A stretch of DNA of 64,000 bases from Laetmonice hystrix (lineage: Eukaryota), in contig OZ249436.1 in NCBI GenBank assembly GCA_965235115.1, positions 31,064,001 to 31,128,000 of the forward strand, given 5' to 3'. Every line of letters starts with the position of its first letter. The first letter of the stretch is position 1. Below the pieces are notes generated by a model. The model made no database searches, had not been told where the DNA came from, and saw only the letters and a list, made by a program, of their open reading frames with translations. The position numbers and the translations under genes are program-made. Shown here piece after piece: positions 26,058 through 36,553 of the stretch.

Positions 26058-26480
26058 GTTCGCAAGCCTCTACAGATTGCTCCCATAGTTCCCTACATGC
26101 CCATTGCCCAATCCCCGCCCAAGGTTTCTCAAACCAAGTCAGGGACGTGTCCAATCTGCCAGCGTAAGGTTCACAGTGTCAAACAACACATGGTGACGCA
26201 CACAGGCCTACGACAACACGAGTGTCACATCTGCTGTAAACGTTTCGGCAAGAGCGACAACCTCAAGGTCCACATGCGCACACACACGGGCGAGAAGCCG
26301 TACACGTGCACGCTGTGCGGTATGGCGTTCACGACCAACAGTAACCTCAAGAGTCACATCAAAGTGCACAACAGCGGGGGAAATGTTCGAGAAGCACGGA
26401 ATATGAAATGTGCGATCTGCTACAAAACGTTTGCCAGCAGCGAGGAAAAAAACAGTCACGTTTGCTCTTACGATATTTAG
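26058..26480 (+). CDS. Alternative terminal exon E: recent duplicate of exon D
   Basis: Same phase-0 acceptor as exon D. 423 nt with five substitutions relative to D; ORF intact. Confidence 0.8.
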   Translation, partial: VRKPLQIAPIVPYMPIAQSPPKVSQTKSGTCPICQRKVHSVKQHMVTHTGLRQHECHICCKRFGKSDNLKVHMRTHTGEKPYTCTLCGMAFTTNSNLKSHIKVHNSGGNVREARNMKCAICYKTFASSEEKNSHVCSYDI

Positions 26481-28757
26481 AGATAAGGCATCCACCGAAT
26501 GAATGACCAGCTGAATAGAGAGAAAGCAAACACCAGGACGATTTTTGATGAACAAGTCCCCAAAATGACAACTCGCCAGCAACAGCTCTTATTTGGTGGA
26601 GAACCAAATGACGGCGATTTGAACCCACAGCCTGATGAACACCAGCCTGATTCTCCATTTTAAACGGATTGACATTCCATGACAAAAATCTGACGCCACA
26701 GTCCCTTGCCTTGCTTCTAAAGAATTCACACAGGGTATCTCCTTACATAAAGAATTTTCGGTTTTCTTCAAAAATGTAGAATCACTTGATAGCATTTTCT
26801 TCAGACCAGAACTTCTAATTTTGACTCAAATTTCCCTTATAGCAGTGAATGGTGGCTGTAACCAGCAGCCTTCCATTCACTCCTATGTTAATGTAACGAT
26901 CTGCCCGGTTATTAACCAGCCTTAGTAAGACAGGCCTGCAGAGCTTTAGATCATTTGTAAAGCAGGGTTACTCTTGGAGCGTACATCTTAGAAGAAGGCA
27001 ATAGATTGAACGACCTCATGTTAATTTACATCAACAACCTTTCTCTATTGATACCGGGTATATTGTATCATGTGAGGCAGGATACTTCTTCAGTTTTTAC
27101 TTGCCTTTCTTTCTTTTTGCCTTATGCACGTTTGAAATGAAGTTCCTGGTGCAGGGACGAATCCAGAATTTTGTCAGAGGCAGCGGGTGGGGTGGGGGTT
27201 GGGGGGGGGGGGGCAAGGTTCAGTTTCTACCATAAGAGGGGGATGCACCCATTGATTTTGGCGAGGAAGCTACATCTCTGCATCTACCATGGACGTGCAT
27301 AGAAAACCTTTTTATGGTTGTTTTTTGGATACTAGACAAGCTAAAAATACCTGTAGGGCTGGACACCTAAATGGATCCGCCAGTGGAAAGTCTGGAATGT
27401 GGATGGTATTATAACGTGTTTCTATTATCTTCACTCAGTTCGATTCGCGCTTGGGGTCATATTAGTGCACTAAAATGAAGCATTTTCTAAAATTCAACTC
27501 AGCATGCAAATTCTGGAATTTCAGTTCTAATGCACAAATGCACATTGAATTAATTCCAATGTGCCTTGAACTAGAAGTCTGAATGGTCCAAATTCTATTA
27601 TGCCCATCAATGCACAATCTGGGCTCTAGTTGTGAAAAGGGAATTTGGTAATTACTTGATCAGTGCAACTTTATCGCAACGAGGTGATCCCTGTAGTGAA
27701 ATTAAAGAAGTGGGTTCGAGTCCTTACTTCTATATTGATCAAACGTACAGTATCAGTAACTTAACCTGCAGGGGGAAGGCTGATAGCTACATTATCGGTT
27801 GACTGGGACAGAAAATGGAAACTGATTTCCACAAATACCAGGCATGTTTATTCCACAGACTTGGGTAGATACAATCACCAACTGTTACATAATACCAGTA
27901 CTGCGGTGTGCAGGATATACCGGGGTAATGAATATTACATTTCTAGTTTTTTATACACCATATAATTATATAATTTCTGTAGACTGTAAACCCCTGCTAT
28001 TATCCGTGTCATCCTATTATCCTTTTTCTTTCGCTGAACCGGTATAGATGCCGGTGATTTCTTAGTTTAGGTCCTCATTGAGAATTCTTCTGTCGATGGT
28101 TGCTTTCAACGTGAAGCCCTCAGATACGTACTAAGAATAATTAATTATTTTCCTTCCCCTGGAAAAAATGAGAAATGCACCAAAAGTTTCGTTAATTACT
28201 ATATGCTTCAAACTTTACAACTTTCAAGAAAGTACTTTGATGTAAACGCACCTATGTTAGATTTTTATGCCCCTTAGAAAAGGGTTGGAGTAAAGACTAA
28301 CTTCTCGTTTTTTGACGGCCAATGAGGAGGAAAGTAATGCTCAGAACCACTGTTATATAATTATGTAGAAACTGTTTCCATCAGGTTCCATCATTGGTCT
28401 GTCTGCTATTGATTGTGTCTGCTAGTCTAGGAACCACATAAACCAGTGTCCATTTCAAAGTGCCAATAGACTGTAAAATATACTGGTACTTGGCACACAA
28501 GTATATGTAACACGCATTATACCACATCCACAAACTGACTGACGACTTGGGTTGTAAAACAAACCTGAGTTGTTTCAACATTAGTTGTGTACAGATTGTG
28601 AAGGCTACAATTGCCTACATAATAGTTTTATTAAAAATTAAGGTGTCCATCTTTCTTACAATAGCATCTTTATGTAGTATCTGTAGCATATTGAATAAAT
28701 TGCCAACTCTTAGAAACCAACAACTGCATGTTATTTTCAATACTTACAATTATTCAC

Positions 28758-31700
28758 TCAAGACGCAACAGACGGTGCATAGTTTCGGCTTAAACGATCA
28801 AATTCATTCTCCTAGAAAGGGAAAAATGACAACACAGAATGAAAATATAATTTAACCTATCTATTGCATTATAATGTAAAAACTATCTATTCAGTAAATG
28901 TGCACTACAGTGTAATCTAAAGTTAAGATAAAACTAGTCTTTCTTCCATGGAATGGAAGGGAATGTAGTAGAATCTAATGTATAATCGCTATAATAATTT
29001 ACCAGTATAGTTTCTCAGAACTAGAGTAGAGTATTTCCTAGCCATAACACTAACATTGGAACACATAGCTTCCGACAGTATTGGAAGTCTACTGCCTCCT
29101 GCCTAGGGGTTATATGTAATTATCAATAAAGGTATTGATATAATTGTAAATGATTGATGTCTGGTACCTTTGACAGATAGTCTTGTACGAAAGGATGACT
29201 TCTCCAGGAGTCCTTCATCTGTGACAGGTATCTGTTGCTCACCTGTAATACGACCAAAATTGTCCATTGTTTGCCTCATACATTCTGATTTACTTGTTAT
29301 CAATTGGGAAAGTCAGAATTTAACATTCTCTAAGGATATCAAGACTTTACGACTTTCTCAAATGCTGCTAAAATGTATACGTATATACCCAATATAGATC
29401 GCCACATTTTTTCAACCTGGACTCCCACATCAAAGTTAGGGGTGCGGCCATCTATCCAGACCCTAAGGTTACCCTCCCAGCCCACAGAGCCAGACTACAA
29501 GTTCCCCATTACGCCACCAGGGGTCCCTACACTCGTACATTTGTATGAACTTATTTATTAATTTCATAATGCTGCAATTTTATTTGGCATAATTACTTTT
29601 ATACTTTTTTGTATTGTATGCCTCATAACACTAACCCCCGGCATTTTACTAGTCCCTGCACTGACACATGGCAGTGCAAGGCCAGAACATCTGCTCATTT
29701 GGTGGGACACCTAGTGGTTATTCTAGGTACTAGATTGGTCATTGCATCTGTGATGGCTTTAAAAGTGGGGTGGAGTTTCTGAGGGCAATCCTGCCATGTG
29801 AATAGCCATCTAAAGTTTCTCCAAAAGATGTTTTGAAAACAAGGAGAACATTCTGGCTATATTGTTTGTGGCTATGCATGTTTTGTCCAGTACAATTAGA
29901 TGTTGTAAGCTTGGGGCGAGCAGATCAGGGAGCTGCAGCTCAGAAATTCCAAGTAACTTTTTCCCTGACCATGGGGTCTAAATCCCCCCTGCGGCTGTCT
30001 ATTTTGCTGTGGCCATCTGTCGGGTATATACGGTAACTCTGTCCTTTACGCAAAACACCGACTTTGATTATAATTCTTCCATGCTGTGGACTGAATGTTA
30101 TCTCCGATATTAAAACTCTTGTTATATCATGTACGTTTCAAACTGGGGAACGATATTACCTCATTATGTCAGCATTGAAATGGTCGTTTAGGTGAGAAAC
30201 TACTCACCTCTGGAGGTTTACCCAAGTGCTGGGATAAAACAATCATGTTGATCAGCGTTTCTGGGTTGTTGCTGTCCTGGAAAGGTAAAAAATCGTTACA
30301 GTGGAAATCTAAATAATAACAGTTCATCATTTAAATATTTCCAATACAGTTAGATGAAAGCACAACTGAAAATATTTTGCTTGTGAACTTTTGAGGTTAG
30401 ATTATTAGAGAACACATAATTGGGTCAGAAAGATGAACTGGACAGGGCTTAAATAAAATGCACAACAAAATAATTTGTTGGGCACTGGAGGAAGGATAAT
30501 TTGTATCGGCAGAAATTTAGAGTATGATATGGAAAACTACTTTTCCCTATTTGTCTACCTATGGTAACATCAGCATTGTCGTTCAAGCAATCTAACGAAA
30601 TAGTGTAACATTACTTATTACTACCTATTACAACTACTAGGCCTGGCTAACCTATAACAACTACTAAGCCTGTTATATGACCTAGTAGCAGTAACTAGTA
30701 CCTTATCCATGGCTTCCTGCAGGACACTCTCAGCATCATCAAACCGACCCTGGGACATGTAGCAGGCAGCCTGTCCATTCAGAAGTAATGGAGTAGAGTT
30801 ATGCTTGTCTGCCAGCTCTTGGAAGATGTAGTAGGCATCCTGAAGCTTATCGCCACCCTGGGAAAATAGCAATAAAGCTAATGATAAGAGCTATTATTAC
30901 CTCCCTTTATTTTGTTCTATATTTAAGAGTTGTAAGGGTGTCTGTAAGATTTTCAAAAAATTTTGAAAAGTACTACATGAAATCAGAAAATAGAATTTTT
31001 ATAACAGCCGACAAAAAAAAAAGAAAAAAAAAGAAAGAGTTTAGTCTGTAATTTTTCTGGAGAATCATTGACATTTCAACTTCCTGCAACCCACTTTTCA
31101 AATATTGAGACTAGAAATTACACGGCAAAACAATTCTGTTCTGGGAGTTTTCACATTCAGCTAGTGGAACCAATTACTGTAAAGACTATCTGTATCAATT
31201 TTACAAACTAATCTACAATTAATCGCTGTGCTTTCTCCCACCATATAAATCTATCACTGCAATATTGTCTATTATTAACAAGAATATGTATATTTCTCGA
31301 CACCTATAGTTACAATTGAGACTTATAATAAGTCACTCAATGACTTAGTTCTGTTATTACGATTTTCCTCATGTATTTTGCACCATGCTTGTGGAAATAA
31401 ACTAAACTAATATACTGACCACAGCCAGATTGAACCAGGCTTGAGCAAGCTGTGTCAGAATGCTATCCTCATCTGTTTCCTGCATGCGTTTCAACTCTTT
31501 CCTGAAATGCAAGATTATAGTCTGTTGATCAAAACGTTATGATTTCAACATTGTAATCAGAAGAATTTCAATAATGACCGATCAATTATGCTGACTACCT
31601 CTGGTATTATGACTAATTCTGTGCTATGTGCAAAAGTGACTCATGGAGTTTAAACAATATTACAAAGGATGAATTTCAGACTAGACTTACTTAGCAAGGT

Positions 31701-34700
31701 CAACCCTGTCCATCTTTAAGTACGTCTGCACCATCATTGCCATGCTGGAAAACAAGATTATTATTGATTTCTTACAAATTCCATCTCCATAAAATGTAGT
31801 AAACTGAACAATATGAATGACAGAAAGTACTTGTGACTTCATCATTTTTTGGCGTTTCTCTCCAAATTGTTGCTTCAGATTGCATTTATATAGATATTTA
31901 GAAGAAACACTTACCACTCCAGTGCCTCTGATGCATGTAGTGTCCGTAAAGCTGCCTCATAATTCTAAAAGAGCAAATTTATACTTAGAAACATGAGAGA
32001 ATCTCCATCTCTTAAACATGGATTAAACTGCCTTTTATGTAAATCTTACTTAAATTTTGAATCTTGCCCCATTTATTCAGACAGTAAATAATATAATTGT
32101 TACTGATATAAGTATATCAGTAACTGCTAATTGCTGAGCAGTCATGGTTAAATTCAATTAAACAATTCTATTCTCGTTCGCATTGATTTCCAGGAGAAAA
32201 AGAAGGAAAATGAGTGGAGGAAAACCCAATTTGTGTTGCATTAAATTTTAAAACATATGATTTGGTAATAAGATTTACTGGAATATACATGTATCCATGT
32301 TTATATCCATCCTCTCTATAACTCACTCCTTCCTGGTAGTACACAGATGATGCCATCAAGAGGAATGTACTGTTGCTGACATCAACGCTGCCACTCATCT
32401 TTCTATCTAATTCTTGTTGAATTTCATCACGTCTGAAAGAAAAATAACTTACCTCATGACAAGTATATAACACCACCAACTGCAAATAACAGAGATGCCT
32501 ACCCTGTAATCTTACAATCAGGACTTTCAAACATTCATAACATTACTACTTTCCCATAACTCTGTATTTTCATTTAAAAAATCGTACAAAATTGTAATGG
32601 TAGGCATCTTTAATATCACTATCAGTATTTTTAGTGTCATTCACACTGCATGGTATTTGGCTGCTTCAACCCCATTTTATGGTCAACTGAACAGGGCAAA
32701 TGTGTGGATTCTAATTCTACTTGACCTAACACAAAACATTTTGACGTTTACTTATCCAAAAAAGGCTTTATGTACATTACCTTCGACTGTCACTTGAAAG
32801 ATAGTCTGCAAACATCCGTACTGCCTGAAGTTCATCAGGAGAGCCTGATGAGACTTCATCCAAGACAACTCCAAACTTTCGCTGGGCAATGTATGCTCTG
32901 TACATTATGACATCCTTTGGTGTCCTCAACTCTGGACGAGTCTGGAAGCAAAGGTACAAACCATGCAACCAACCCTTTACTCAACAAAAAATAAAATCAG
33001 GTAAGTAGTTATATAACATTACTAACTTTTTTTAATGATCAGCATTTTGGGTGGTGATTATTACTGATAAGACAAAGTGTACATCTTGACAACTTTGAAA
33101 ATGTCTGTGCTTATTATATTAGGCCCTGGTTTTCCTATACATTGCCCTATCCTATTAGTGTCTAGTTTTCTAGCCTAGGTATCTATAGTATGTTCACTAC
33201 AACTTGCACTCGCACATATTCATGTCAATCCTGACCCCCAACCCACATACTCCAATGGGGTCAGTGATACAGTTGTAGCCAATGGGAAGTTCCAATAGTT
33301 TCCGAGTCAGCCCAGAAAGCTGGCAACAGCTGCCTCCCAGTAGGCTGGCTAGTATATGGGGGCTGGTCACTATCGTTGAGGAGGCAACAGTTGGCCTCAA
33401 GTTGGAGTGAACATACTATTAATACTGTATCCACTCCCCCACATTCAAACAACATCAAGACTAGTAAAAGTGGCACTAGCACTTTTACTGTGGCACAAGC
33501 AGGTGCCTGGTATCTAACGCAGGGATGTGCCCAGAAAAAATTGAGTGCCAGGCGGTAGTTTTGTGCAAGCACCAAAGGCGCAAGAGTTTTAGTTCGCAAG
33601 GGGTGCGGGTGTTGGGCTATTTTTTTAGATGATAGGCCTGATAAAAATTCCTGCTGGGTGGCACTTTTTAGTTTTGTGCCGGGTGGCTAAAATCGGTGCT
33701 GGGTCTGGCCCCCGGTGCCCGGCGTGGGTACATCCCTGCTAACCTTGTCAAATAATCTGTTTTGAAAAGCTTTTAGCCAGAAAATATAGTGAATTGTGTT
33801 TGGTTAGGCAGTGGTTATTTTGCCGGCATATGGATGGGTCATGTGACTGCACTAATGAATTCCTATTCGATGTCACGATGATATCTTACAGCAAAATAGA
33901 GGATTTATCTCGTTTAACAACCAATTAGAGACTAAACTAACACTAACCCTTGGCCTAATCTTAGCTCTAACCCAAACAATGAAACATATTGTTTTGTGTC
34001 AGTAATTTAGGCAAAATAACCACTGCATAGCCATAACGTTGCCCGTCGTAGGGAGCCTACAATTTTAATGCAAAGGCCAAAGTAGCTAGCCGGTTCAGAT
34101 GCTGGGTGAGGGTGGGAGGTGTCGGCCGAGTGTCTTTACTTTAGTTTGTTTTGGATTCGGTAATTAGTCAAACTAAGATAATTTTATTTAGCCCTTGCTG
34201 GCTAAATATACACCGCCTCTTACTTAAGTTACTGGTACTATAGTCCTGAACCGTAAGTTGGGAACTTGGGAGGTCATCCAGTTCAACCCCCACTTGAAAC
34301 CCCAAAACATGTTATTATATCATTCTAGGTGATAATATTGTGGGCAGTTAGTCTTAATATTTATGCAAACCCGAATGTTATAAAAATAAATAATTATTTT
34401 ATAGTTAGAAAGTGTTATTTTAGAGCGCTGCTGCTCAAAAACCAGTGTACTGGCCGGGTGTCTTGGGCTGGTAGAGCCGTCAACACGTTCGTTGTCATCG
34501 CTTGGGCCAGAGACTGGCCGGCGATAACGTCCTCATAATCTGCATTGGCTACAATTTTATAGCCTGGGTTCGATCTGTTTGTGCTTTCATTGTCACTTGT
34601 GACATCATTACGCAAACTACGTATTTTGATACATAATATTACAATGTTTCACTGACAAAAAGACAGTGCGTGCCTCGTTAAGTCAACTGTGGCTGTGACG

Positions 34701-36143
34701 TCATAGAGAGGACGTGCGGCACCGTCGTCAACGACTAACGTAGACTGCAGTATTTTGCTGTCTAGCTCTCGTTTTATTAAAAGATGGATTAAAATACTAC
34801 AGAAGCAGATACTTCGAAGGTCAGTGGATAGTCTCAGAAAATTATAGCATTATAATACCTCTGTAAACATCACTGTAGGCCCCTGATCCTACACAGCTTA
34901 GATTGGAGCCTGGCTGTCTATTGTGATATTTAATGTCATTATCAAAGTTTTGGGAACTTTTAAATTTCCAAACAAAGCTCGCTGTATTCAAAACTATAAG
35001 GAATCTCGCTAAAAGAAAGATATCTATGGAGACCTTACGATGTGGGGAATAATTCTGGATACTTTTTTGTATAGGTCGTCGCGACAGATTTTGCGTGGCA
35101 AGACCGGCTAGGTAGAAAAGTCACAAGTTTTCAGATTTTTTATACTTTTTTCGCGGTTTTTAAATGGCCATACCAAAAAGAATCCTTAAATCTATTTATT
35201 AAATTTCACACTGAACAAAAGCCGAATATCTCTAGTTTCTTTTGCAACAATTTCCATGCGAATTGATTCATTATTACCACCGCGAGCAGGTTTTGAAGCA
35301 CCCAATGTCAGAAAAACTAAGCTTTTAGTCCCCAACTTAAGGCCGGTTTATAGTCCGTCGGCCGACCATCGGCCGACCATCGCTGAACGTTTATAGTCCA
35401 GCGATCCGGTGTCGCGGTCTGTTTTCTCCGCGGTCTGAAATCTCCGGGAGGTTGGCTGCAGAGTCGCGTATATTTCTATCGTTCTAGGTAGACTATCCGA
35501 GATATCAGTCCAGGATGAAGTCTCACGTAATAACCCTTTTCTCCTCCGTCAGTTTTGGTCCACAATTTGCCTATCCAGGCTGTCGTTTATTACTGTTTGG
35601 AAGAAAACTCTACCGCCTATCAGCTAGCAGACGACCGGAGGTGTGAGCCCAAACTGCGACACGCGCGTGCTCACTTGGTTAGGTTTGGCCCCTAAACAAT
35701 AGGAAACCATGCACCCGGAGATTACAGACCGGCGGAGAAAACAGACCGCGACACCGGCCGTCGACCGACCGATCGCTGGGAGTTAAGCCTGCGTGAACTT
35801 TGACCTGACGTCGAGCGATGGTCGGCCGATGGTCGGCCGATGGTCGGTCGACGGACTATAAACCGGCCTTTACGGTGCAGAGCTATAGTGGTAGTTTAGC
35901 CGTTCGCCAGCAAGTGAGCAAGAAAGACTCGTGAAGCGGGGGAGGTGTGGCTTCTACCACAGACAGTACCGGCAGTACCAGTAACATACCACTCTTCTCA
36001 CGCTACAGCAAAACCCGGCTTACACTTGAGGTCAAAACTCGCACCTTTAACTTCTGAGCTTCAGTTATACACTGCTGATAATTCCCGGTGTAAAGGGCAG
36101 TCCTCACTTCAAACAGTTCGTCGGTATCGTTTTGGTTTGCCAT
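28758..36143 (-). CDS. COPE: Coatomer subunit epsilon, 301 aa; exons 36143-36045, 32941-32781, 32432-32327, 31964-31915, 31744-31691, 31501-31420, 30857-30702, 30276-30208, 29242-29168, 28811-28758
   Basis: Ten phase-consistent GT-AG exons totalling 906 nt. Recognisable motifs: [83 protein letters not shown]. Confidence 0.97.
33808..34026. mobile_element. Small MITE with 17-bp TIR GCAGTGGTTATTTTGCC
   Basis: Perfect inverted repeats at 33808-33824 and 34010-34026, with internal TAACCC-like motifs. Confidence 0.5.
34236..35890. mobile_element. Non-autonomous TIR element with (C/T)ACTATAG termini in COPE intron 1; its right TIR is interrupted by a MITE
   Basis: Left end TACTATAGTCCTGAACCGTAAGTTGGGAAC. 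After removing the insert, the right end reads (reverse complement) CACTATAGCTCTGCACCGTAAGTTGGGGAC. No clean TSD. Confidence 0.6.
35340..35869. mobile_element. PIF/Harbinger-like MITE with TTA TSD
   Basis: TIR AGGCCGGTTTATAGTCCGTCG and its complement, with subterminal TCGGCCGACCA repeats. TTA at 35337-35339 and 35870-35872. Confidence 0.75.
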
Positions 36144-36553
36144 CTTTCCTGTGTGTTGACGTTCAAGACGGAAGATGATCGCGGCCACGCTGTCCAACTA
36201 GAGTACGCATGCGCAGCCGGGGAATCAATAGTCAGGTAGCACACTACCTTACTCCCAAATAAATGTTGGTTGTAGGCCTAGTATCTTATACAAAAGGATG
36301 AACATGTTATGCAAGATCGTATATACAGACATATATATCGTATAGTACGTTTAAATAACTAAGATGCTATTTATCTAAATTTTGATTCGAAAAGTAAAAT
36401 TCTCCTTCAGTATTTTTTCTGTTTTTGTCTGGTGAGACTTTCCTGTATGTGGGGCGCCCGGGCACTTTAGTTTGAAGTTCTGTCATTAATGCAGGCGTTC
36501 TGAAGAGAAATGAGGTGTGGAAAAAGCTGGAACGTAAAGGTTTAGATTCAACA
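36144..36553. promoter_or_regulatory. Bidirectional promoter region of COPE/HAUS1 with an NRF1-like CGCATGCGCA site at 36206-36215
   Basis: The divergent start codons are separated by only 410 bp, and the motif matches the NRF1/ewg/P3A2 consensus core. Confidence 0.6.

Larger units (their letters stand above)
22869..28785 (+). repeat. Tandem segmental duplication: copy 1 22869-25406, copy 2 25570-28785
   Basis: Both copies start TACAATGTATATGGACTACATG and end GACGGTGCATAGTTT. They are near-identical, but copy 2 carries extra blocks around 26640-26950, 27050-27275 and 27785-28040. Confidence 0.9.

Noticed and set aside
23508..26685. Antisense ORFs over exons D and E, and similarly over B and C
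   Set aside because: Shadow frames of the GC-richer ZF coding sequence with no independent coding signal.
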